Below are positions 12,698 through 24,567 of a stretch of DNA of 64,000 nt, in pieces. How positions within the stretch are numbered: the first letter of the stretch is position 1; each line of letters opens with the position of its first letter. The position numbers and the translations under genes were made by a program. The notes beneath the pieces were generated by a model. That model saw nothing but the letters and a program-made list of their open reading frames with translations, searched no databases and was not told the origin of the DNA. The DNA comes from Tubulanus polymorphus (taxonomy: Eukaryota; Animalia; Nemertea): the NCBI RefSeq assembly GCF_964204645.1, contig NC_134031.1, forward strand, positions 4,774,001 through 4,838,000, written 5' to 3'.

Positions 12698-12813
12698 GGC
12701 CCGGTTTTATAGACTGGTATTATCTTTAAGCCGCGGGTCAACTCGACTGAACATGAATTAAGTTACCCCCCCCCCCCTGAGTTAAAGTTAATACCAGTCT
12801 ATAAAACCGAGCC
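12698..12813. mobile_element. MITE, PIF/Harbinger-like
   Basis: ~25 bp terminal inverted repeats GGCCCGGTTTTATAGACTGGTATTA / TAATACCAGTCTATAAAACCGAGCC, flanked by CTG on both sides (3 bp TSD). Confidence 0.75.
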
Positions 12814-15800
12814 CTGATTATTTTCCATCCCCAAAATCCCAACTCGATGAAGGTCTCGAAATACTTTTAAGGCGTTCACGCCGCTGTTAGCGACTGTATA
12901 ATTGTCACGGCTTACGTTGTAATATTATATTTAATTTGATCAGTGGTATACCCGGTATAAGAGTGCGGTCAAATTATTAATTTCCGTCGCAACTCTTAAC
13001 GTCTTAATATCAGTGAGTCCGCAATAGAAGTACCCGCCTAAACCCGGTTACACACAGCGAAACTAGAATTTTGTATAAAAGCAGATTTCAGAAAAAAAAA
13101 CAAAGTCAAGGAATTATCGTCGTATATTTGCCGATTCATAGATCACGTAATGAATTCAATTCGATACATTTTCAATCGGAGGGCCCGACCTTTAAAATAC
13201 AAAATGCTAAATTTTCATCAACTATTGAATAAGTTAATAAGACCGTGCGCCGCACGAAGCAACACAAAACAACGAATTCAAACGTCACTTCGTTGAATGC
13301 ATTGGAGGTAACCTTCAAGGAATCCTTATTGTTATGAGGATTGGTTTTGAGACGAGATGCGATATAATAATAATAATATTTTATTTACAAATTAAATTAC
13401 AATATAAAGTTGTAGGATTTACAAAATATTGTAAAATAGGACGTTGGACGACGGGTGAAGTTAAAATAAACTTATTACCTGAGAGGCCCAGTCGCCCACA
13501 CACTCACATTCACGCCCCATTCATACATACAAGTTACATGACAAAAACATTCAACATAGAAAATATGATGATTCCAGGATATACAGTGTATTAGATTGAT
13601 CAATTAGAAGTACATAATTTCATCTAAACATATTGGGAAATGAGATAATTTTTTTTTTACACTGCTTTTGTTTTTTCATCATGAATGACGCAGCCTGATT
13701 CTTGAGTTTCCGAAAACCCGTATAAAACGTTAACTTTCGTGTTGATTGGTTATATTTAAAACGTGCCCTTTTTGTTCCTTTCCAAAGGATCGCGAGGAAA
13801 GATTTATATCGCAATGATTTTTGGCGATGGGCAGCATCAGCGGGTATTTCAATTTTACCGTGAATCTTTCCTTCCGTGAATCTACTGTTTTTAGTACATG
13901 TTTGCGTGGGCTCAGAATTTTCGGCGAGGTCTATTTTCTAGGTATTATTGTTATCATCAGGTGCTAACAATCTATTATTACCTCCTTGAGCACTGCGCCT
14001 TTACTGCCTCGGAGGTTTATGAGAGACTGGGCAGACCTACGAGTAATCAGGTCAGACATCGTTCCGTATGATAATCCACTAGTCAGTTCATTGAAAATGA
14101 AAAGCAGTTCACGCTCGGTGCTGAAGATTCTGAAGAATCGACGATTCAAGGAATCGGACATTTCATTGCTCATTTTCATTCTTATCACATGCCTGTTCGT
14201 CCGAGTCAACATTCATGAATTCTTTATTGCGAAGAGCTTTGGCACCCGATGCCTAAAATACCTACTCGATTTATATATAATAATTATAATGTTGGATTTC
14301 TCTGATAATTGGATTCGCGAAATTAAGTATTTTTTCACGCTAAAATAGTATCATAAACGATAAAAACTTCTTGAGGGTCTATATGTTTTCAAAAATAGAA
14401 ATATCACGCTCGAGCTTATTTCCATGCAATATTGATGACCGAACTGATCGAATTTTACGAGGTTCATCTTCGAGTTTATCATCAGATTTATCTGGCGTTA
14501 TGTGTGCATTATTAAAACAGCAACTGTGCCGCTGAAATATTACTGCGTCGTAAATCGTACACTACACGCGGTTGTGTACCCGCGACACCATCCGCGTCAG
14601 CGTTCGGTGACAAAATGAAAAATGGTGAAATTGACCTTGTTCCGATCGGGGAGAACACACGTAGATAGCAGACGAAAAGAAGTGATTCTAGTGCTCCTAT
14701 TAGATGTTCAATAAAAGCGGCATTGAGAACAAAAAACCGGCCGGATCACGGCGTGGAATAAACACAAATTTTACACTCGATTTACTAACATTATGACGCG
14801 CACTCAATCAAACCTTTTACTCGCTATCCGACTCAAACTAAAAACGTCGAAAACACACTTACAATCTATACACGGGGATATAAACTTCGGTCTGGTATCG
14901 ACACACATATTCTGTTAAAAAAGAAAACGTTCCAAAATCGACCGAAAAAAAATCATTTTATCGTATAGTACTAAAAAGATAAGAAATCAATGAAACTGCA
15001 AAACAAATTTAAACAGATCTGGAGGTTGCGCTAACTAGCGCCATTCATAAGCAAAACTGCCCACTCAAACACGAATTACAGACATTAATAATTAATTATG
15101 AGATCATATTTTCAAAAACAAAAGTGAAAATTCGAACGAAGGATTTGGCAATTTCTGAATGAATAATTAGAGCTTACGTATTCTGCATTTCTTATCCAAA
15201 AGAAAACCACTAAGATTTAATTAAGTCGACATTTAATACTTTGACTTAGAATGAAGTTTTCAGACGGGTACTTACCATATTCCCGTTTGACGGCAGGAAA
15301 CCGAGTGAATGTCTTTCTGGTGTATCAGTCACACTTAAACTGTAAATGCCACGACGCTTCGATCAAGAATCCCGGCCGTAGAACTTAATTGCGCCACAGC
15401 CGCAGAAAAACAGACTCTCTAACAAGTACTGCAAATTTACAGTTTCTCACCACGAAAAAATGTTTGCGGCGAAACGAAACAATTGGTCTCGAGAAATTAG
15501 TTATATATGGGTATCGTTAAATGGCTGATCATGCTTTGGTCAAGGTTAACGCGTCCTGTTTTTCAGGTCAATCCTAATCGTGACCTGTGATTTTCGTTAA
15601 AATCCATCAGCGAAACCGAGAATCAACAACATCCTCCGGAACGACAAATTATCGTCGTCCACACATCAGAGATTATTCCCTGGAGTAAAACGTGACTAGT
15701 GTAAGAAGACTAAACAACGGGTTCGCGCGCGTATTGCCTTAATCAAGAAGGAAAGGGATCCCGTCGCATCGGCAATGCACGCGAGAATCGTATATTTTTG

Positions 15801-16629
15801 TTTTCTTTTGATTTTACTTAGCGCCGATGCCCGTAAAGCGGACAATTTTTAAAGCTTGAACAAAATATCAGACGTTTCTGAATTTTATTGTCGCGTCACA
15901 TCACGCGTATGTCTTTACAGCAGATATTTGTAGCCGCCATTGCCGAACGCCGCGGACAGTTGGTTGATGTCTAATAATCTCACTCGGTGCAGAATCGAAC
16001 GTGTTGATTTGGCTTTATCATCATTCAAATACCACCGGACATCATCGAATTAGCCGACATCGACGACATATAGATCTTATTAAACTAACTATCTTTCCAG
16101 GCCCAGTCGAAGGGGCTTCGGGGATAGCGAACGAACCCCATGATATGAAATAAGGGTTTCACAGTAGTCAAATTTGTATCTCATATTTATCAGTAAAATA
16201 ACATATTCACAGGCAGCATGAGATGGTTTGTAATAGACACTATATTAGTTTAGTTATAATTAACATTGCAGTCATCAGGGTTTAACAGTTTTAGCTTCAC
16301 CCCTAAAATTTTCAAAATATCCTTCAAAAGGTCAGTGTTAAAACATTCGGGTCACGATTTTTCAAAATTTTGATATGATTTTTATATTTTTTAGAAAATG
16401 AAAAGTAATCCATTCTCTGCTACAAATTTAGATTATCTAAAAAATCATATTCAAGATCTGTCATTTCTTTTTCAATATGAAAGTGCCCCCTTTTCACAGT
16501 TGAAAAGTGTCAACTCCCCTTCCCCCAAAAAATTAAGATCGGCACAGGCTGCTTCCCGTCACCCGTCAAGGGATTCGATCTTCGAACTCACTAGCTATAG
16601 CCGTTCCCTGGACCCTTTGACCTGGTGAT

Positions 16630-16752
16630 TAGACTGGTTGCCTGCGTTCGCAAACTGAAGGTAGACACCGGCAACCAGTCTACATCGCGAGTCATTACTA
16701 GTAGACTGGTGACCGGTCTCTACCTTATTGAATGTGACAGTCAACCAGTCTA
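16630..16752. repeat. Two adjacent short palindromic elements with TAGACTGGT...ACCAGTCTA ends
   Basis: TAGACTGGTTGCC...GGCAACCAGTCTA is followed ~20 bp later by TAGACTGGTGAC...GTCAACCAGTCTA. Confidence 0.6.
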
Positions 16753-18836
16753 TATCATTGCGCTTGTAATAAACGACATCAGGCTTCTGTTGGATTTCCC
16801 GTTAAATGGACCAATCAGCGAACGTTTTAGTGAACAAGGAAGAATTTCACAAGTTGATATATGACGTCATGCGCAAAAGTGCCAGTAATGGAACCACGCG
16901 GCGGGGGCTGGTGGAAGCGAGTTCGGGAGCGAAACTGGGTCCCTGGCAAGCGAGGATATCTTGGCCATTTCAAACTGTGAGATAATGCTCAAAGAAAATA
17001 TATTTCATTCTCGTATAGGTCTATACATCGAGATCTCTTTTCGAATAATAGAAAAATAAATGGTTTTAACCAGGGTGAAATTTTATTCTTTTATACGTGC
17101 GCCGATACAAATAGAAATCAGTATCATTGAAATCAATCTAAACTAAGAGAATCATTAAATCATTGATTCTTACTACAATTATTTTACAATTTATGGTCAG
17201 AAATAAACTCAGAAAGTAGATAATTTTAGGTTACAAAATGTTTATACCTCACTACAGTTTTGACAACGACTACAAGACAATATGAGTATGAATTTACATT
17301 AACGATTTATTTGAGTGTATTTGATTCGTATGAATAACGTTAAATCGTTACAAATTCTAAAATGATTCGAAATAACGTCGTTATCGTATCATAATCATTA
17401 CTAGTTACAGTGCCGGAAACCACGTATCGCATCAGAACTTGGTGAGTAAATGACTACAAGATCAGAACAACGAAGATGGCGAACGATACATGAGTGGAGA
17501 ACCTCTGGCTGGTAGAATTGTCGTGATGGATAGACTGTTGGGTGACGTCTTGTCGTGTAGATGTGAGGGTAAACTCGTGTAAGACTTCTCCAAAGCTTTG
17601 TATTCATCTTCGGTGAGGAACTCAGAGCCGCCGCGGCCGACCGCCCTCCAGAATTTCGAAGACAGCTCGTGTCTAGGGCCGATACATTCCTCTAAACTAC
17701 CCAGTATCATCATACCTTAAATATACCGCCGAAAAAAGGTGACATATACGTGCGCTAAATTCAACATCATAATTACATTGAAATAAATGGCGATGGTCGA
17801 ATATTAAATCTGTATATTTCTGTGTGAAAACTAGCAGCTTATAGAGGTAAATATTCAAATGTCTTAAGTAAGATTCGAATGTATTTCCACTGAGCTCGAC
17901 TTCGCGTGGGATAGACTGGTGGGATTCGCATGAGTATATCCACTGAACTCGACTTCAACGAATGCGCACCCCGATACGCACACGAGCGCGTGCAATTAAG
18001 GATATACTGATGTATTATCAGTGCAAAAGCTAATGAATAGTCCCATGATGTAATAATCTGTACATTGATGGGATTTATCATTAGTTTTAGAATGAATAAA
18101 ATCTGTCATCAGGACATGATGATTATAGATAATGGTGCTTATTGAGCTACGTACGTCATCAGCTGCGAATGTTTTCTTCCGACTGTAGATTCCCAAAACC
18201 TATCGACTTCGGTCGGACCAATGATTCAACAAATCAGTTCCACCAAAATTCGTAATTTTCAATTGCGAATGAAATAGAAATTCTAGCTCAACATCGGCGG
18301 AATTCAACGGTTCAAATGCCGTGAAAATGCATCTTATTTCAAAGATTTGAGAAAAGTTCGCTCCATCAATCCCCCGGTCGTACCAATCCCAAACGAATCC
18401 CGCCCCCGAGATCCCGCCGGCCCTGCCAATGTCGTGTTTTAACCTAATGCCCGATTATACAACAGTCGTAGAGCGACGGAGATCAATGCGGATACAGACC
18501 ACTTCTCCAGGACTGGGTGAATGTTTTATGTGACCAATCAGCCTCTCATGAAATGAACAAAGTTTGTACCATAACTTAAGGAATCTTAAGTCCGGAATAG
18601 GTCAACACAGACAAGTCTGGTCTTTCCAAACATAATACTATGCGTATTAAAAATAGATCATCAATTCTAATGTTTACAAGAATCGATGTACTTTCACATC
18701 ATCATAATTAGCCTCCCTGGAACTCCGGATTTAGGGTCCCTGGTTTATGGGTTAATTGCACGTATGGTCTATTATATCGAATAATTTGTGAGCAAATAAC
18801 GAGGAGGTCGAGTTATTCATAGAAATATTCCATTAG

Positions 18837-19985
18837 TTACCTCTCGAAATCGTGTACCCTGGCAATAGCAAAATCTGGTGAACCCAAAATACACGTACCT
18901 GGGGTAAATCTAAGCACATGTTTGGTCATCGCGTCTACTGGTTTAGGTTCGGATATTGTGGCCCCGACTGTAGAAGTCAGCTCGTCCAAATGAGCCATTC
19001 TCGTTGACATGGTTGATACTGAGTCTTCTGCTGCCAGTATGTATTTCGCTTGCTCGGCGTACTTCATCAGCTTCTCTTTGTACGCTGTCAATGCATCCTG
19101 GTCGCCGTCAAGGTTTTCTGTGTGGTTCTTCTCGCGGTCGTCCAGCTCTAGCAGTAGTTTTCTCTCCTCTTCTTGAATGTCAGCTATTCGTCTGGCCGCG
19201 TGGGTGCGAATATCGTTTCTTAGCTTGTCGAATGTGTTGTTCACGGATCCCTGGTCGTTCGTTATGGCATCTAAAGTGTTGTCTATGTCGGTGATCTGGC
19301 ACTTGATTTCCGCGAGGAGTCTTTTCATTTTGTCTTGCTGTTTCGTTAACCCTTCTCCGACGTCGATGACTCGGTGGTTTTCGTGCTTCGTCATCGTACA
19401 AATTGTGCAGATGCCGACTTCGCAGATGTCGCAATAATATTTGATCATCTCGATCTGATCCGCGTGCTCTTTGCAGATGATTTTTGATTTATCGCGTTCA
19501 TTCAAGTTTACGATTTCGTGCTGCACGAAAAGTTTTACTTTGTCGTGAACGGCGAGACACGGGTTGCAGAAGTACTTATTGCAAATGTTACAGAAGACAT
19601 CGGCGGCGATCGTATGATCGGACAGTTTGCAAACCTGACACGCTTTGGTCCAGCCGTGGTCGGTGTCTAGTTCTTTCAAAATATCCGCGAATTTCGTGAC
19701 TTTGAAATCGTGTCGGAATCCGGTTATCCCCTTCGCTGGTACTTCGATCATCTCGCGACAAGTCGGACACGGTAGCTGACCGGCTATTGAAGTCGACTGC
19801 ATCTGGTAAACCTGCAAGTGCCTCGCCAGGCAATCTTCGCAAAACGTGTGCAAACATGGTAGCTGCCGAGGCCGAACGAACTGACCGTAACAGATCTGGC
19901 AACAGAGAACCTCCCTGGTGAAATCCTCCGGAAAACGGCATGTTTTGTTGCAGCAGTCCTCGACTTCCTTGCACATCGACGACAT
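18837..19985 (-). CDS. Tripartite-motif (RING, B-box 1, B-box 2, coiled-coil) E3 ligase-like protein
   Basis: RING CQIC...LPCLHTFCEDC...CPTCR. B-box 1 CQVC...FCNICNKYFCNPCLAVH...H. B-box 2 CKEH...YYCDICEVGICTICTMTKHENH, followed by a heptad-rich coiled coil. The ORF end overlaps a possible donor (AG|GTAACT at 18841/18840), so the true C-terminus may be spliced. Confidence 0.92.
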   Translation of the reverse strand: MSSMCKEVEDCCNKTCRFPEDFTREVLCCQICYGQFVRPRQLPCLHTFCEDCLARHLQVYQMQSTSIAGQLPCPTCREMIEVPAKGITGFRHDFKVTKFADILKELDTDHGWTKACQVCKLSDHTIAADVFCNICNKYFCNPCLAVHDKVKLFVQHEIVNLNERDKSKIICKEHADQIEMIKYYCDICEVGICTICTMTKHENHRVIDVGEGLTKQQDKMKRLLAEIKCQITDIDNTLDAITNDQGSVNNTFDKLRNDIRTHAARRIADIQEEERKLLLELDDREKNHTENLDGDQDALTAYKEKLMKYAEQAKYILAAEDSVSTMSTRMAHLDELTSTVGATISEPKPVDAMTKHVLRFTPGTCILGSPDFAIARVHDFER

Positions 19986-22297
19986 AGCTTCAGCGAACTC
20001 GCTACACGAGTTTCCTATGCTGCGCAGTTTTCACGCACTCCCGACCAGAGCTTTCGTCACATGAAATATAGACAATTAGATATGTACATTTTGTCGTGTT
20101 TACTATTACAATTAAATTGAGGCATATCTCATAACGTCACAGATGGAAAATGATAATCGTTTTCGTAACGGAAAAATAGGCCAGTGATATCCAGTGCAAG
20201 AGAAGTTGGCGCTGCATGCTTTCACATTTTCACAGGGAGCTAACTACGTGTCCTAATTATGAGACAGCAATTAATTACAATCAGGCACAGAATTCCGAGA
20301 CTAATATTAATGAAAACAATGCCCAAAATTCGACCCATACAAGATTTGTTTTTTAATTGCCGCATTTGGTCATTGGAATAATGATCCGATCTCAATACAT
20401 ACAATAGACAGTGGAATAATGATGATGTACGTGAAGTAATGAATAAATTACAAACGAGAATGAGCCAAAACCTACATTTTAAACGAAGATTTGAAATTGA
20501 GCCAAAAAATTTGTTAAGTTTTGAAATCAAACCAATGAGGTGTTCAATCTAAAAATATATGGCAAAATAAGATTTTCGTCAACGAACGGCGAAGTATGAT
20601 CAAAGTTACTTGTACCGAAAAATGTAACTTTAATTGCACCGTGTGAAATGAAAATTTACTTACCAACCCTATACGTAGCATATGAAAGCACATGAAACCT
20701 ATTGCGCGTCTAGGGCTAAACGCAAAATCTGTGGTGACTATTTGGATAAATGGCGCAATAAGTAAATATCACGTGGAAACAAGTACTTGGCAATGGTTTA
20801 CCTAAAAAACACTACTCATAGACAAATTACATCAGTCAGCAATTATCAAACACAAAGTTAATGGGAGTGATAATTTCGGTATGAATGCTGGAGAGCTATG
20901 ATTTATCTGTAAAAGAATGTGCCGTTATATATTATTATGTACTCAGCTGTGTGTTTTGAAAGGCATTGGTTGTCATAACCGACGCAGCGAATAAAGCTAT
21001 ATTTTTCCTATCTATTTCATTTTCTATAAAATCACATTCAAATGGTACCGCCGTTTGTCTTTTTTTTATTTTTAGATTCACTGTTTCTTCGTGTACCCGA
21101 AACCTATATATCCGCGGTGCCGGCCATTGTGATAAAATCTGGGTCGATATGAAAAGTCACAGGGGCGAACCCGGGGGCATTTCCAGACAGTATTTGAAGG
21201 AGAAATGGTTAACCAGGGTGTGTGTATTTCCATATTTAATTGGCACGTGTATACAATGAGTCCACAATCCATGTCTTGCGAGCGCCAATGGCACGAAGCC
21301 GATAAGGGGTTTTTGTTGCATTCTGGTGTATGTCTGACAGTCATTTACCCCAACAGATCCACAGAATTTGTGCCGATTAATTCGTCGGACTTTCGGAAGG
21401 CCCCAAAAAATTCGACCGTTATTTTGGAACAGGTACGGGCGCACGGGGTCAAGTTTCAATCACTTCCAAACGCGTGCCAAAATTAAGGCTATGCAAAATT
21501 AGATAGCGCGTTTCGCTATTCCATTAGGATCAATACCATGAGCGACGAGGCATCTTCGAAAAAGATCAATTCTATATCTATTGAAAACATTTTATCCATC
21601 ATACACGGAAAGCTAGGCGGCAACCAAAATCGCTTAAAAAATTTGATCGTGTAATTATTCTAGATTGCTTACGGCCAAAATCTCCAAGATGAGAGATTTA
21701 AAAAAAGAAACGACTCAATATATCAAAGTGACAAAACTATATTTAATTATTTTAAAAATAAATTTCAGATCTATAACAACACTCGTTTTACAAAAAGCAA
21801 ATCAGCTCTAACAAGGTGTGTATAAATACATTGAGGTAAATCACTAGATTGGCAGGTTCTTTAATAAATACTTTAAGCCGAAATCAAGCAGCTGGAAAAC
21901 CTACCTGCGGTGTCAATCAATATCATAGATTAATTTATGAATTATTTAGATGATTTAGAATAATCAACAGATATTCTATGAATTTTCTACTGATTTTCAT
22001 CAAATAAACAAGCTTTTCAATCAGGATTCCATATAATTGGGTATAATTTAATCAGCTCAAAATCCGGCATTAAGTTCAGGGTAGGCTACAATCTAAACAC
22101 TTTTATCCAATTGCCCGGCGGCAGGTTATTATTATACTTGTCCACCTGGCTAGTGCATTCTTATGTCTCAAAGCTTTTTCCTAATTGATACAGCAGATGA
22201 TTGTGCCACCAGTGTAGGGCAAGTAGATTTTTAAGGGGGCAAGTGAAATGTCAGATGCTTACCCCCGCGCAAGTGGGAATCAGGGTTACATTTATCC

Positions 22298-23113
22298 CTA
22301 AAAGTCAGGTACCCAGCCACACCCTGTGCATAGTTTAGTATCAGTTTTATGACATTCTGTTCGTTTTGAACAATTTTCTATTCGTTCTTTTACAATTAAA
22401 GGTAATGAACAGTGAGAACCGTCGCAGAGAGGAGCTGATTTTGTATGTTTACAGCCGCATAGTTCCCAAACCATTTGCTGTTTTTCAACTTTCCATCGCA
22501 TTGGCTTTATTCCCGTTCCAGCGTGTGAACCTGTTAAATTAAATAAAAGCGCGATAGTCTTTTCAAGTCATTGATTGAAAATCAATCAATGACAGATTCA
22601 GGGAATTCGGAAAGAAAAGCGACTCTAATTACCATCACACCAGGGCTGTTTCTTGCTGAGGCCGCATCTACACCAATATTTAGTGTCACCAATCTTCAGT
22701 TCATCGGAGATATTATATGGACCATACTAGAATAGTTTATAAGGGATGATATTTACACAAGATTAAGGGTAACAGATTTCACAAGCATGTCATCAATCCG
22801 GGCCGCACTGCTGGACAGATGATGACCGACCTGAAATAATGCACTTAGACTTAGACAGTGTCCAGGGCCCAGTTCCATAGTCATGGCTTAGACTTACGAC
22901 CAATTTACGAACATCTTAGTTCTTTAACCAATCTAACAACTTAAGACCAGTCTTTGCGACCCTTTTTGGACTTTGAGTCTAACTAAGGAACCAGCCCCTG
23001 GTCCTAATAAATAATATTAGAAATTATTGACAACAAGCAAGCTTCAATTCAAATCTATAGACATAAACCTGAGCAACTTTTGAATGCAAATTTGTCTCAT
23101 TTCCTTCATCCAT
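22298..23113 (-). CDS. Double CDGSH iron-sulfur domain protein (CISD3/MiNT-like architecture)
   Basis: Exons 23113-23069, 22726-22633 and 22530-22298 join in frame through GT-AG introns: MDEGNETNLHSKVAQ|YGPYNISDELKIGDTKYWCRCGLSKKQPWCD|GSHAGTGIKPMRWKVEKQQMVWELCGCKHTKSAPLCDGSHCSL... Two C-x-C-x(n)-P-x-CDGSH motifs are present. Confidence 0.9.
22866..22997. mobile_element. Harbinger-like MITE, degenerate copy of the 29404-29541 family
   Basis: Shares ATAGTCATGGCTTAGACTTA and CCAATCTAACAACTTAAGACCAGTCTT with 29404-29541; flanked by CWG. Confidence 0.7.
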
Positions 23114-23540
23114 ATCGTTATTAGACGCGAAAATACACTCGAAATATGAGAAACGTCAAAATTTCGGACTGCGGCCCGGTTTTCCAGTAGTCCGAAGAAA
23201 ACCGAAGCGGTTTCAGTCGTTAATTAGTGCGGTGGTGTGCGTGACCCCGGAGAAAACTTTACTTCCTTCTTCTTGTTAAAGATTCATATCCGTTTCTATT
23301 CCACGAAAAGTATGTAGTTTTACAGCCTATTTCAAACTGGGGTTTAAAAAGTACATGTTTGTCAGTAATACTAGGCGCTGATGGTCGAAAAATGTCATTA
23401 TTTTTTTATGGTTTCGCGTATTTTACCGTCAAAATTTCACTTCACAGGTGGCGCTGCCAGTCGGCAATAAAATGCCTTTATCTTTTTATATATAACAATC
23501 TAATCGGTCGTTTTGATCTAAACCTTTTTCAGGTCAAACA

Positions 23541-23969
23541 ATGGCATCGATGTTGTGTGCTAGAGTTATCTCGGCTGTCCGTCGCCCGCTCCTAGTGACG
23601 GCGGTACGTTGCGGCGGATCGGGCGGACCCGTCGTCGATCCGATGAAGGGCAAGGTCGTGTCCGATAACGTCACGATGCCTGACACGCTAGGACATTCGG
23701 TCGGCGCTGAGCGATACGAATTGCTCGCGAAACTCGCCGGAAACGAAGATCCATTCGAGATGAACGTCAAAATGCGCGGAGCCGGTTCGAAAGAAGAGCC
23801 GAATTTAGTGCCGTCCATTTACGAAAAGAGGCTGGTCGGCTGCATCTGTGAAGAGGACGCGACTTGCATCAACTGGATGCATCTATATAAAGGCGAACCG
23901 AAACGCTGCGAATGCGGACATTGGTTTCAATTATCCGAATTAAAATCAGTCGATTATACACAGCAATAA
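23541..23969 (+). CDS. COX5B: Cytochrome c oxidase subunit 5B, mitochondrial
   Basis: Arg-rich presequence, then HSVGAERYELLA...DPF, GSKEEPNLVPS...KRLVGCICEED and WMHL...GEPKRCECGHWFQL, which includes the zinc-binding cysteines. The CDS is uninterrupted; a 5'UTR intron (~23310-23532) ends in CTTTTTCAG. Confidence 0.97.
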   Translation: MASMLCARVISAVRRPLLVTAVRCGGSGGPVVDPMKGKVVSDNVTMPDTLGHSVGAERYELLAKLAGNEDPFEMNVKMRGAGSKEEPNLVPSIYEKRLVGCICEEDATCINWMHLYKGEPKRCECGHWFQLSELKSVDYTQQ

Positions 23970-24414
23970 AAGGAGCACTTTGAATGGAGGGATGGCGCCT
24001 TTTTTTTTCTGTGTGAAACTTCGGGAACAATCAAATCTTTACCTCCTATTATTTTATTAGTTTACGGAATATATCGAAATGAATAGATTTATTGCAGGGC
24101 AGTTGTGTGTGTTTAAGAAAGAATTAATTAATTCATATAAGGAACTACATCGATTGGACAAGTTTTCATTCTTTTCTGCATCTTAGCCGACAATGTAAAC
24201 TCATAGAATGAATAATGGATAGATTATTATTAACTCACTGATTAATCGGTTGAATTTGGTGTTTTATTTACGTATGAATAAAATTAACTGTTGTGTAAAT
24301 TTATATCGAATAATTGTGTTCGTTACATTGGAATTGTTCATGGAGAATGAGAGAAATCATCATAGAGTAGTCGGTATCATTCCACTGCTTAAAGCCACCC
24401 TTCCTGATTTATTA

Positions 24415-24567
24415 TAGTAGAACTCGCTAAATTTAGATATTCCAAACCGGATTTTCACTTCATACGGATGAAATATTTGGTCCATTTAACCTGGAATCAT
24501 GTAAACTATTATTCATAATTCGGATTTACTTGATTCAAAGAAATCTGAATTAACTGAGTTCTACTAT
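24415..24567. mobile_element. Tc1/mariner-type MITE
   Basis: Inverted termini TAGTAGAACTC...GAGTTCTACTA with TA flanks. Confidence 0.55.

Noticed and set aside
13620-14348. Cluster of short ORFs on both strands
   Set aside because: No motif, codon bias or consistent splice structure that I could support; a degraded element cannot be excluded.
20966-21655. Possible small spliced plus-strand gene (acceptors near 21076 and 21528)
   Set aside because: The candidate exons could not be joined into one open frame without stops, and there is no recognisable homology.
22755-22830. Extra acceptor (ATTTCAG|GTC on -) inside intron 1 of the CDGSH gene
   Set aside because: All three frames hit a stop before the CDGSH exon, while direct exon 1-exon 2 joining gives the natural VAQYGPY sequence.
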